Assembly: GCA_012295275.1 (NCBI GenBank)
Contig: CM022670.1
Location: forward strand, 20,088,001 to 20,152,000
Length of the DNA stretch: 64,000 nucleotides
From: Chrysomallon squamiferum
Taxonomy: Eukaryota; Animalia; Mollusca
Reading direction: 5' to 3'
Position 1 is the stretch's first letter; each line of letters starts with the position of its first letter. Of the stretch, positions 1-13,300 are shown one piece after another. A program made the position numbers and the translations under genes. The notes under the pieces were generated by a model. It did no database searches and was not told the origin of the DNA. It was given only the letters and a program-made list of their open reading frames with translations.

Positions 1-394
1 AACCAATTATTCATTAGTCTGTTTCACTTGTTTGAAGCTTCTCAGCACCATTGTGATTCTAGTATTAGTCAAAAACTATTTAGTGAATATAACAGATTAA
101 TACAAAATACCAAAGTATTTACTAAATTCTTTAAAATAATAATTACAGTTACTGCTATCTGTTAGTATTAGAAAATTATAGTTATTTGGTGATTTTTTAA
201 TTTTAATTTTTTACAAATTCTTTTTTAATTTATTTATATTAGGTTTATTATATTTTAGATTTTTTATTATTATTTTTTTCTTTTAATTTTTCCCTTCAAA
301 GGTGATAAAAACTGAGAGAGCACAAAAGATAAAAAGAGATTAGGGAGAATGAAAGAGTAAATAGTTTATATTTGTGTATGTATTTTCTTTCTTT

Positions 395-720
395 CACACA
401 CATTGGAATCATGTTACACAGTCATACACCACACACATACATACACAGATACACTGATATATTCAAATAAATATTCTTGTTCCTACATACATACATGCAG
501 GCACACACACAAACTTAGATATTTATACATACATACATACAAACATACATATACACATACATACATATATATGCCTAAATGCATACATATGCACATACAT
601 TAACACACATACATAAATATCTATATACCTGTAGAGATGTTCATACATACATGCAAATTACATATATACAAACTTAAACACACCCAAATACACATGCTCC
701 TATACACTCATACATACATG
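395..720. repeat. Degenerate (CAYA)n/(CA)n microsatellite
   Basis: Runs of CATA/CACA/TACA. Explains the spurious His/Thr/Tyr-rich ORF 403-603. Confidence 0.85.
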
Positions 721-2258
721 TTGTCAATTTTATCCTTCAGTTTACATCCTAAAAAATAAAAAATTAATACAAATTTTAAAACAAAACATTTTAAAAAACA
801 CACAAATCCTAAAATATAAAAAAGAAAAAATAATATATAAAAATATGAATTCTCCCTTGTCAAAACCATCAGGTCTGTTTAACAAAGCTGAGAAAACAAC
901 CCACCCTTACCTCAGGGAAAAATCTTTTCCTCTCTAACAATGCTTACCTACCCATTGTTTAAAACAGTAATTGTAACTTTTTTCTCTTTCACCAACTGTT
1001 AATGTATTGGACACAGTTTGTTGCATGTTGCTGGGAAAGGTTGGGGTAAATGTCACAGGTTTTTTGTGTAGACATTCACATTTAAAATGCAACTTTATCA
1101 TAATATGTGTAAGATCGTTCACGCTTTTTCCTCTGTTCACTTCAAGTGCATGTATTTCTGTCAAGTATTTCCTGATGCGATAGCCAGCTTCCCTTGTAAT
1201 GGCTTACAAATGAAGATCATGTGTTTTGCATTGTGTGTTCATTCATGACTTTTTGTACAAATTAAAGAAATAAGTTTTCGTTTCCGAAACAAGTTCATGT
1301 ATTAACATGTTGAATTTTTTTAAATATTACTGTTTATAATGTCAGAGTTTATTTCTTAGCTCCCACAGAGATATTGATTAAATTAAGTTGAATTAATTCC
1401 AAATAAAATTATAATAAATTTTGAATTCTGTCAAGATAAATTGTCTTCTAGGTCACAAAATAAAAATTATTTCAAAATAAATTGAATAAAGTTCAGTTAA
1501 ATTAAAGAGAATTAAGAGAGGCATATTAAACTGTAACAGTTTTATAGTTTTTATTATCTGAATTAATGATAATTAATTTTAGTGATAAATTTTATACTTA
1601 CCTTCTGCAGCAAATTGGTATTAAAATTTGTTTCAGTAAACAAATTAATTACTGTTACTGAATTTAATATAATTAATCACATAACCAATATAGTGACATT
1701 AAAAGTATTCATTAATTATGGTTTAATGGTGCAAATAAATATCAGTAGATGAAAATCAGCTAAACTAAAAGCTAATTAAACAATAGAAAAACATTATAAA
1801 TCAAAAAGTAGATCAATAAAGAAATAATAAATAAAGCAAAATATAAAAAATAAAATAAGTAAAAAAAGTAATATTATCATCTATTCCTTTTATTTCATTT
1901 TATAATTGTGTATTTTTTTAATTTTCAAATCATTTTCTTATCAAAATATTTCCATTTACAAAATAAAAAATAATAAAATCAGTTTATAAAATTTACTTAT
2001 TTGATTATAATTTTTATTAGTAGTATAATAATTATATTTTTATTAATGATTTCAACTAACATTAAACAGAATTATTTTTATACATAATCCAACTTATCAT
2101 TAACATTTTATACTTAGAAGTGAAATGACTTTTTCAGTCCATATTTCTGTCCTTTATCTTTCATATACTATTTGATTTACAAAATTGTTGTTCTTACAAA
2201 ATTTTATTTCATAATTCTCTTTGTTTTTAATAATAATAATAAGGATCATATAAAAAGG

Positions 2259-2299
<41 letters not shown>

Positions 2300-2608
2300 C
2301 AAAAACAAAGAGAATTATGAAATAAAATTATATATATATATAATGATATTACAATTTCATTTGATAGATAAAATATAATATTTTTTTACCTTTTAATATT
2401 ATTATTTTTTTCATAATTCAAATGATAATTAGAAAGTTAAAAATGAGAGAAAGACAAACAAAGAAACAAAAATAACCTGAATACAAATTACTGGTTGCAT
2501 ATGTGTGTGTGTATGCATGTGTCTGCATTTATTTATAATGCGCACTTATGTACACACACTTTTTAATTTTTTATCTTCTATTTTTCAATAATCTTTGTTG
2601 TTTTTAAT

Positions 2609-2641
<33 letters not shown>

Positions 2642-2706
2642 TAAAAATGTTTATGATGTTATTTTTATTTGGCATCATTTCTAATTATATATATGCTTTC
2701 CTTTAG

Positions 2707-2885
2707 ATGTCAAAACAGAAGAAGATGACAAAAAGAAGAAACCAGATGATGCATCTCCCGTCACTAAACTGAAATCAAAGACTCCACATCCTGGGTCTAG
2801 TTTAACATACATTGACATCAAGGGAAAATCAAGCAAAGTTAGGCTCAGCAGGAATATGCCTCCTTTGGTGCAAAAAAGAGAATGA
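2707..2885 (+). CDS. Probable terminal coding exon of an unidentified gene whose upstream exons were not found in the window; peptide (x)VKTEEDDKKKKPDDASPVTKLKSKTPHPGSSLTYIDIKGKSSKVRLSRNMPPLVQKRE*
   Basis: Acceptor tgctttcctttAG at 2705-2706 with a CTAAT branch-like motif upstream, and an abrupt shift to coding-like composition. Open frame from 2709 to TGA at 2883-2885 with charged, protein-like content. The only difference I saw versus copy 2 is synonymous (AAA/AAG Lys). Confidence 0.72.
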
Positions 2886-2890
2886 TATCT

Positions 2891-3060
2891 ACATAAATAG
2901 GGATAGCTACTCTAACTGCATTTACATGGGTGATTACTCTACGTCATTATATTCAGGGGAGGTTATTCTAGAAAGACATTTTTATGGGAGACTACTGTTG
3001 AACATTTATAGGGGAGGTTACTTTAGAACAGTATTGATAAGGGAGGCTACTCATGATTGA
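2891..3060 (+). repeat. Degenerate ~28-bp minisatellite just after the stop codon (also 17164-17333)
   Basis: About 6 units resembling CATTTATAGGGAGGYTACTCTA, e.g. ACATTTATAGGGGAGGTTACTTTAG and GTATTGATAAGGGAGGCTACTCATG. Confidence 0.7.
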
Positions 3061-5326
3061 TATTTATAATTTAGCACTGAAACTCAAATAATCAGTTTTT
3101 TGTTCAGATATTTGAAACAGCTTTGTCTAAGTGACAGGAATGAAAAGCATGGAAAAATGTGCTACTGATTATTGTGTTGACCTTTATTTTTGTATATTTT
3201 GACATTTTTTTTGTCTGTGTGTGTGTGTGGTTATTGGTGAAAAGAACAAAAGAGTAATCTCCCATCTACATAAAAATGGCGGGTTGGAAATAGTGCTTTG
3301 AATTTTTACGTTCCTGTTGCTGTATTATTTTATTCATTTTTGTTTGTTGTAAGTGGTTTATTTTACTTTCTTTTTTTCTTTTTTTCACTTTTTTATTAGT
3401 TTAAAAAAATATATAAAAATTGAGATTCAAAAAAAAAAAAATGTTTAGGCTTTCTTGATTTTTTTTTTAAATTATTTATATGATTCTATTTATTCAGCAA
3501 AAAAAAAAAGTAAGAAAAAATAAAATAATTATAAATGTCTGCTTTGAAATTAAAATCTACAATAATAATATCATTACAACATTGACACGTTGAGAAATCT
3601 TTCTGCTCTCAATTTAATAAATTTATCTTGTGTAAATTTAAATAATTATTGAGCCCTAATATAATGAAAACTGATCCATGATTCCAGAAAATAAACATAT
3701 CTGTAAAATAATATATGTATTAAGCAATTATTTTTTCTTTTTTTAATAAGAACTGCAGATAATTATAAATAATTACATTATAATTATGTGAGTTTATTTG
3801 GTGTGTAAGTTAAGTGCTTTAGATTATGAAATAAAAGAAACCAAAAGAACTATACTGTAGTATGCAGAATGTACTCATTCAGGGTTATTAATAATGACAT
3901 ATCAAAGGCCAAAGTTTAAGGCTGACATTAAAGTTTCATTGTGGTAAAGCCAGTTGTTTTGGAAAAAGGAATTAAAATGGAATCACCTGCCAAGGATATT
4001 ATATATTTTAAATAATTTAATGGAATACTGTAATATATTATTTAAAGACAGGACTTGTTTTCAAAGTTTGGAAATTTAACTGAAACTAAATTTAAAATAT
4101 ATATAATTATGATAAAGGAAATGTGATTAAGGGATGGTATTTTCACTTTTATTTATAATTTTTATTTTGTTTTGTTTTAATCATGGAAAGTCATTTAATT
4201 ACAGTATAATCGTTAATATCAATAATTAATTAATTTATTTATTTCTGAAATGATTCTTGGTTATTCAAATACAACAAAGTACTCTAATTTTATATACATT
4301 TATTATAAGTGTCAATTTTTTTTAATCTCTTGAGGTAAAGAATTTCTGAAATGTCAGAGTAAGAAAGGTCTTGGTTATATCATCAGTAATTTTTCACATG
4401 GATTGTATATTTTCAGTTTATCACAGAGCTATACTTCTCAAAGTTTTCCTGTTTAAAATGGCTGCATCACTTCCCATTGTTTATTTATCTCTCTTGTCAG
4501 ATTCACAACTATGTGGCTCAACCAATCATTTTAGCTTTAATAACACAGTGCTGGCACTAGTCCACCTTACCTTTACCTTTTTTTTTCTCTTTCTCCTGCC
4601 AGCTCTCATTTATTTAGTTCCATTTTTCTTTCTTTTGCATTTTTCATTTCTTCCTCTTTCTCTTTTGTCAGTGTAGCTTCACTATACTTTAATCTACTTC
4701 ATTATTCTTTCTTCCTGTATCCCTCTTTCACTCTCTTCCATTATTTTTACTCTAAATTCATACCTTTACCTTGCAGGAGTTAAATCATTTTATTTCTTCA
4801 ATTTTTTTTTCTAACTTTTTTATTATTATTTCATTCTTTCTTTAGTTTTGTTTTAATTTTTTTTTTTCTATTTTTTTATTATTATTTCATTCTTTCTTTA
4901 ATTTTGTTTTAATTTTTTCTTTTTCTTTTTTTAATCCTTTTTTTTTTTTTTTTTTTTTCACTTCTAAAAAACATTAAAAAAAAAGATAATAAAAGTTATA
5001 TTAGTTAACCATGGCTGTTTAAGCCCTTTCACCTTTATTGCTTTTCAGTTGTTGGATGAATTGGTTTAAAACACTTAAATATTTATCTCACATCACTTCT
5101 TAATTTAAGATTATCTACAGAGCAATAACTCAGAAAAGCAACTGTCTGTCATGACAGTTAAACTGAGCTTTGAGGGCTCGTAATAAAGCAAACTGTATTT
5201 TTATACATCAAGGATAACACACATGTACATGATGGCCTGTAGATAATTCTTTCCTTCCAGATTTTTTTTTTACTTCTTCACTTTTTGTATTTACCTTCAG
5301 TTTTATTTTTGTTTATTTATTTTTTA

Positions 5327-5344
5327 TCATCATCATCATCATCA

Positions 5345-5392
<48 letters not shown>
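5327..5392. repeat. Compound (ATC)n(ATT)n microsatellite; further (ATT)n/(AAT)n tracts at ~2259-2298, 15529-15567, 34247-34345 and in copy 2
   Basis: Directly visible. Repeat lengths differ between the duplicate copies. Confidence 0.95.
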
Positions 5393-5394
<2 letters not shown>

Positions 5395-6241
5395 ACTGTT
5401 ACTATTATTAATATAATGTTTTTAATATTAAAATTTTGATTGTTTATTAATTTTTGTTTCCATTTTCATAAATTTTTCTTATCTGTTTTTGAAAAAAAAA
5501 TGTAATTATGTATTTAATAATATTTTTTTTATTTCATCATTTATTTTTTTTTAATATTTTTTTTTTTTTTTTTTTTATTTAAAGGTTAAACCAAATCAGA
5601 TTCCATGACATTTTTAAATGTCTTTTTCTTTTAATACCCATTTTATATTAACTTATTTACTAATACAATTATATGAATATATAACTTCACTAGTTTATTG
5701 TTTTTTTAACTTATTTCATCTTATTTCATTATCTAGTTTTTCATCTATTTATCACAAACCACCAATTAATATTCACATCAGTGCACATTTTCCATTAATT
5801 TATATATATATCACTTTGCATGTTTCATTTGCTGTCAGAATCTGTTATAATTAGATTTTGTTAAATATTTTAATTAATCTTGCATAGACAAGCTGTTCAA
5901 ATTTAGATTTTTCACTTTTACTGTCAATGTTTTTTTCATGCATATTTTAGTTTCCAATTTTAAATTTTAAAACCTTTAATTATCATTATAATTATTAAAT
6001 ATTTATGTTTTACATATTTTAAATGTATACCAGCATCATGTTTAGTAAAAGATTTAAAAAAATATATATATATATTTTGTTTCTAAGGTAAAAATAATCT
6101 TTGTCTCATACATTACGTCTGTTATGTGATACTTTAAATTATCCTTTACTATAAAAAAAAGTTTGCTATAAAGCTTTTTAATTATTGTACTTTCTAGCAA
6201 GCATATCTGTGATTTATATTTTATACTGTTTACTATGTTAT

Positions 6242-6247
6242 AATAAA
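6242..6247 (+). terminator. Candidate polyadenylation signal for the upstream + strand gene (copy at 20537-20542)
   Basis: AATAAA followed within ~20 nt by CA and a GT/T-rich tract (TGTGTTATACTTTTTTTTT). AATAAA is common in this AT-rich DNA, so this is weak. Confidence 0.3.
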
Positions 6248-8929
6248 CAATTTCATTACAAATTCATGTGTTATACTTTTTTTTTCAAGGTTTCTTTCTT
6301 TCATTAATGTTACTTTTACTTTTAGTTACCAAAGTGAACCTATCATGGATATAATCCAATAGCCTAAATACATCTCACATATCCAAACTATTGTTTCATT
6401 TGAAAATGGATACCAAACTGTCTGCCCCCAAAAGACCAGCTGTCACATTTTTTGTCATGTTTTATTAATAGTAACTATTGGTAGCCTCAGTATGCCTAAA
6501 TACATTTGACTGCTTCCAAGCCATTGTTTTATTTCCATAGAATGCCAGCCTTTGCTAATAATAAAGTATCACAATAAAATTACAAGAGTGAATATTTTCA
6601 TTTTTTTTTTTCATTTTGCCTGTGACCTACTTATATTTGCTTTTCTACTTTTGTCATATTTTTCTTAATTTATCTGAATTTGTTCTACCTTTCTGCATGC
6701 AAAAATATAACTAAAGATGATAAAATGACAGCTGCTGTGCCTCTTTATGAACTTGTATAATTATAAATAATAAATTGTTATACTTTATTGTAAGATATGG
6801 TATGTCTTCCAAAACAATTGGAAATAAACTAATGTATTTTAGCTAGTTGTTTAAATTATTGCAGTAGCATTTGAAATACATACATTAAATGTAATATTTC
6901 TAATATCTAAAAAGGTTTTAATGTGTTAGAAAAAGCAATAGTTAAGCATATCTAAGGCAGAAAGTGCCAATAGCTTAACTATGTCACTAAAATGTTCAGT
7001 TATAATTTCAGAACAAAAGGACAAAATGGCTTCCCTCTATTTTTTTTATCTCTTATTAACTGTAAACAAAAACAGTATTGTCTGTTTATAGAAGAAGGTG
7101 AAAATGTCTTTTACATGTTGATTTTTTTCCTTCAAATTTTAGAGAAGAGTAGGTGTGTCCATTTGTAAAAGAACACATAGGCAAAATGGCCACATCTTTA
7201 TTTTTTTAAAGGGCCTTTGATGTTATTGTCATATTTTGATATTAAAACAGATTTTAAATTTAATTATTTCAGGACTGTCTGCTCTATCTGTGAACATTCA
7301 GTTTTACTCTAATACATAAATGCATGAACACACTGCCTCATGAATACTCAAACCATGAAAGGGAGCAGGTGAAAATTAAAATTGTAGGCAGCCGTTAATC
7401 ATCATGCTTGTGAAATATGTAAATAGTTCTTGGTTAGGTCATTTTCATGTGTCATGAAATGTTTTGCTTTATTGTGTTATGAAAATAATAGTATGGATTA
7501 GTGAAAAATGGTTGGCTAAACTCAAATGAAGCATTAACACCAGTCAAAAAACATTATTTTATTTAAAATGCATTAAATAGTGGTTAAATAAATGCCATAT
7601 ATAACTTATTAATGAGTGAACTGACCTTTACATCTAGAGTTTTCAACAAACAAAAAAATACAAAAAAGAAATAAATAAACATCTTTTATATCTGAATTAA
7701 TCAGTAGTATGTCTAAATTAGTATATGTATACTTCTCCATTCATTTTTATCTGCTATTTATTATTATTAGTCATTTGTTTTGTTTTTTCAATAGTCCAGA
7801 TAATAAAAGTAAGTTTTTAATCTATTCAAAGATTTAATCCATGTTCTGATGGATGTAAAATTAAAAATTCTTTTAAGAAATTAAAAAAAGACCAGTGCAA
7901 AGATAAATTTATTTACTCAAATATTTCATCCCCGAAAAAAACAAAAAAAATCTTCAGTAAGGAATCAGGAAATAACTAAAATTCAACAAATTAAGTCTAA
8001 AATACTTTTATTCTGATATTTTGTTGTTTTTAAAATCAAAGAATAAAAAGAAATAATAACAATAATTTATTTTTAAAGCTTAAAAATTAAGTGAGAAAAC
8101 TGGTTTTCTCTGTTTTTTATTATTTAATTAGGTGTTTCCACAAAAAAATCATGAAACTGTATTTTAACCAAAGTTAATCAGATTATTCATTAAACTTTTT
8201 AACTACATAGAAAAAAAGTCGGAACCTTTCTGCACAATAAATTTGTTTTGCAGTTGCCAGACTTTTTTAATTTTGGCATGCATATATATCTTCAATTGTT
8301 AATCACTCTTGACATCTTTGGGTTCACAAATTATCCATATTTTGTCAGGTAATTTGCTTTGTTTTATGTTGTTTTAGGCTGGTAAGATAGAAAAAAAAGG
8401 GGAAATAGAGGATAGAAAAAAAAAGTTCCAAACCTGAGGTATAATCTTTCACATTGCCACAGAAAAGTATAAAATGTTATCTTAGTTGGGGAAATGGGAT
8501 GAAAAAAAATGGTTATGGGTGTTCTTTGAGAACAAATGTTTAAATCAAAATCCTGTTTGTTAAGCATTTGAATGAAACAAAAGTAATGTTAGAAATGTGG
8601 GGCTATTTTTTATTTTGCATTTTGTTTTTTTCATGCTTTGTTTGTGTTCTCAAATCACTTGTCAGCTGAACATGATAATCTCCGGTATCAGGCTGTCCTA
8701 ACTTTCAACATTTGTTTCTGGTCTTAGAATTCTTTTTTTTTCACTTTTTTCAACATGACACTTCGTAATTCAGCTTCAGTGCCTACTATTGCTTTTGCCT
8801 TCAATAATATTCTCTTTATCATGACTGATGCCATAAGGATTACCCTTTAATAATTGGCAAAAAGGGATTTCTTATATGCACCTTACCACTGATTTGAAAA
8901 CCTGTATCCATTGACAGGAAAGCACTTAC

Positions 8930-8963
8930 CACAATCTTTGATAAACTGTTTGTTAAGGTACGG
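8930..8963 (-). other. Candidate 34-nt minus-strand exon (copy at 23244-23277)
   Basis: Minus strand reads ttactttttactccAG|CCGTACCTTAACAAACAGTTTATCAAAGATTGTG|GTAAGTg, open as PYLNKQFIKDC. No confidently linked partner exons. Confidence 0.3.
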
Positions 8964-10174
8964 CTGGAGTAAAAAGTAACATCATGATTCAAAATTATAT
9001 GCTACAGATCTTGGGAGATCCGTTGAGAGATTGATGGAATAAATTATTTCCACATCATGTAAATGAATTACTATTTTATATTAACTAAGTAACTGACCCA
9101 AGATTTTTGAAAACAAATCAAAACTTTCTTCTTGCACCTTTGTGTGGACTACTTAAATGAGTTAAAACATTTAAATCTTAATGTATATGTAAAATCAGAT
9201 AATCTATAATAGTGAATATTTCAAAGTAATTTCTCATTTCATTGCCTGAAACAAAAGATTCATCATTCACAGACAGCAAATGCAACATATATGGAATAGT
9301 CATTTTAATATTTTGTATGTGTATGTGGTGTGTATGGAATTTGACAATGGAAACTTGGTGCAGTTATTTTCTTTGAGAATTACTTTTATTCTGTTTGAAG
9401 ATTTCTAGGGGAAGTAACTTACTGATTTTTTATTTTTTTTTAATCTTTGAAAGCTCAGTAAATTTTGTTCTGTGACCTTGTTTTAGTGTTTGTTTGTTAT
9501 TCTTTTATTTGTTATTATTATTGTGTAATTTTTGTTTTGTTGTTGTTGGTTTTTTTTTAAATATTTTATTTATTTATTTTAGATTTTATTTTTCTGGTGG
9601 GAGATTTTTTTGGAAGTTGTTTGGGGGAAAAAAATAGCAATATTATTTTTATTTCTTTTAAATGTTTACAAACCAAACCAAATAACAAATGAAAAAACCC
9701 ATAAAAGTTGCTGTTGAAATCTGTACTATGTAACATTGTTTTTCAGACAGTTCCAGCACACAACGAAACATTACTGCATATATTTCCATTATCCAAAATA
9801 GGATGAAATAAACCAGATGATTCATATTTGTTTTTGCATACATTTGACTTTCCTTTGAACACAATACCTAAAATAAACCATTATTTTTAAATCTGCACTG
9901 AAGGACCACTATTGTTGTTTTTTTCTTTTCTTTTCTTTTTTTCTTGTTTTTTCAATGGGGAAAAAATTTAGCTGACATATAGTTAATGTAAAAAACTGGA
10001 GGAAGGCAAGGAAAAGGGGAAGGTGAAATAAAATTGACATCTTTTAATGTATACCGAAGTTTTTTACATTTTATGTCTTTTGAATTGAAGACACTGGTCT
10101 AGTAATGTGATATACACAAAAATACAAAGCTGTGATTGGTGGAATCTCTTCAGAAGAGAAAAAAATGCCAGCTT

Positions 10175-10385
10175 TTATTATCTTGTGTTCTAATTTAAGT
10201 GTGCATATTGTAAGATACAGTATTATATTGTAATCTATTTTAAATATATATATTATCTATGTCCTGTTTTAAGTGTGTGTGTATTATCTAGTGTCCTGTT
10301 TTGTGTGTTTGTATTACCTAGTATTCTACTTGAAGCATGTGTATTAACTAGTGCTCTATTTTAAGTGTTGGTAATATTTAGAAAT
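10175..10385 (+). repeat. Degenerate ~30-bp minisatellite (copy at ~24493-24703)
   Basis: Units like GTATTATCTAGTGTCCTGTTTTAAGTGTGT: 4 clear plus 2-3 decayed copies. Confidence 0.75.
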
Positions 10386-13300
10386 CTTTAAATGTTTATA
10401 TATAAACTTCTGGACTAAGTTAAAAGCATCTGCTATATTTCTATTTAAACTGATATGCAGATATGAGATTACAACCACTGAAGATATGGAATGAGACACA
10501 TTCTTTAGTGTTGTCAGATTTTGTCAGAAAGTTATATCATACAAACAAATCCATCTCAAGACAGAGCCTAACGGGCCACATGCAATTCACATCTTCTGCA
10601 TGCCACTTTTTATTAATTACTGGTTTACATTCTAGGCATGCAACAATATCTTAATGTATTATAATCATCCTTCTGACTGTAGGAGGTCAGGTCATTTAAT
10701 CATTTTTCAGCATCATCCTAATTGATCATCACTGATCATGTTGAGCAAGTCTTAATATTTTTTGAATCACTTCATGCTCTTCTCATCTGACAGGCAAAAA
10801 TCCACCCCTTTCATAATACCAATTATATTAGAAACATGTGAGTGATATACAAATCAAAAACCTCTCTGGTTTAATTCTGGATGAGATTTTACAGACCCTT
10901 TATCACCTTATATACTGTCAATTTTCTAATACTCTTTAATACTTCTTTCTTTACTCATGACTACAGGGTAACCTCTTTCCCTTCTTAAACTGAATTGTAG
11001 AACTGATTTGAAGATTATACATTTTCTCAAGGCAAAAGATTCTCAATATCAAATGCACCAAGATACTCTTGGTGACCTTAAAGGCTTTCAAGCAGTCACG
11101 TATTGTAACAATTGACGAATCTTCTCACTATGGGCAGATTATGCAAATGTATTTGCATTTTGCATTTTCATACTTTAAATGTTAATTTAACGTATTTTAT
11201 CTCAGGGTCCTCTTTGTTTGTGTTTTCCTTTTTATATTAAGGATAATCATGTAACTAATGTCTTTGAAATTATATGGAAACAAATGTAGTTTTTAAAACT
11301 TTATCAAAAGTTAAAAAAAAAATGTAAAAGTGACACTATTACTTTTAAAAATGAAGAAAACAGTACATTAGTTAATAATACTGGGGTATATAAAAATAGT
11401 ATAGGTGCATTTACCTGTTTGCTTGAAGGTTTCTTTATTTAAATCTGTGTGTATGGTATGGGTGTTATGAATTTATATATGAATAAATGTGTACATTTTA
11501 AGAAGTATGTGATGTGTGGGCCTATATGCATCTAAATGTATGTTTGGATTTAATTATGCACATATATAACTATATATAAATGTGTGTTTATGCCTGGGTA
11601 TTTAAGGCATTTGACAATGTATTATCAATATAAACAGCCAACTTTTATTTTTCATTAACAAAATAAGTAAATAAATAAATCAACTGCAAAAAAAAAACAC
11701 AAAAAAACACAAAAGAACCCTTTGTTAGATGATTCAGAAATGAATAATATAAAACTCTCTTCAGTTTATAACACACTGTTCAGGTAGCGATCAGGTATTT
11801 CACAAAAGGAACTGCCATTATTAGACAGCAGATATAACTTTCAAGATGAAATAAATTTCTATATAAAAAAACTACTGAGAAAAAATAAACGAGCTGAATG
11901 GAGGCCCGATGTATATGTTGAGAGTGTTGACATTCATTACAGTTGAAGAAACACATCTTTGACATTTAACAGTTGTTTTTGTCTGTGTGACTGACTCCAG
12001 TAAAGGATTTGTGGTAGACAAATGTTCAGCTACTGAAATTTTAAGAAAACTAAAAATGTTATACATCGTTGAAAATGGCCTCTACTTTTTTATTAAAAAA
12101 AACAAACAACAAAACTGAACAAAACATAATGTGCAACTGAATATTTCTTATAACTGAAAGAAAAAAGACATTTGCAGTACTAATGCTTTTAAATAGCAAA
12201 ATTAGGCTTAATAACATTTCATAGATATGGAATTTGGATTAATGCTTTCAATCAGTGAATAATACAAAAATTTACGATATTTACTGCAAGTATGCACAAA
12301 CATAGAACTTGGCTTCATAATACTGAAAAGTAAGAAATTAAACTAGTGAATTATATAGATTTTATTACTTGACAGCTACTGAAAATTCTGTGTTAAAGAA
12401 TTGCAGACGTTAAATAAATAAAATATAATAGTTAAAAAGATGCTTATATTACTATTGTTATACGTAATAAAATATATATACAAAAATTACTACTATTACC
12501 TCTACTAATTTTAATACTGCTAATAACAATCAAAGAAAGAAAAAATGTTCATGAACAACGCTTTTTAGAAAATTATTAAGAGCGTGACTTCGCCTGCTCG
12601 ATAAATCACCAGTGAATTAATTTGAAGTATGCAAAAATAAACAGGATCTTTAATACTAAACGCTACTGTAAATCTTGAGGGTAGTTAACAGAGAGAGAGA
12701 GATTCCATTTCTTTCAAACTCTTTCAAAAGTAAATAGTGTTTTTGAACAGCTTTTGAACCTATACTTCTGCCATTCGGCTTTGCAGTCATATGTAGCTAT
12801 GTATGATCAAATGATTTATTAATCTTGGTCACAATTTTAAGTTTCTTATTCATGAATGTCCCGTGCAAAGGTGATGAACTATAAAATATTCACAATCTTA
12901 TTATTTAACCATATCTTTAAATATCATTTAACTGGAATTAATGTTATAACAAATAATTGCTAAATGTATCGTTTCCATGTAAGACTTGATTTGGATTTTA
13001 AAAAATCAAATTTTAATAATTAGCACAAAATTTGACATTGTTCAAAATAAGAAGGAAAGAGTCGTAATAAATTGGGTAAGCTTTTTTGAAATGATGATGA
13101 TAATATATGTAGCATGCAACCAATTTTTTGTTCTGCTCTGTGAAAACTATGTATATACTTAAATTTAAATATTCTGGCATGACATCAAACGAGACATGTC
13201 ATACAAGGACTTTCTTTAAGCACTTTTTTTTTTTCCCACATAAAATTCCTTTTTTTTTTCTTCATAAGAACGTCTGCACCAAAACCGTGATAAAAAAAGT

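Noticed and set aside
2812-3060. 82-aa ORF MTSRENQAK… (and copy 17085-17333)
   Set aside because: It has a TTG start, is out of frame with the better-supported exon and runs through a minisatellite. The copy difference is non-synonymous in this frame but synonymous in the exon frame.
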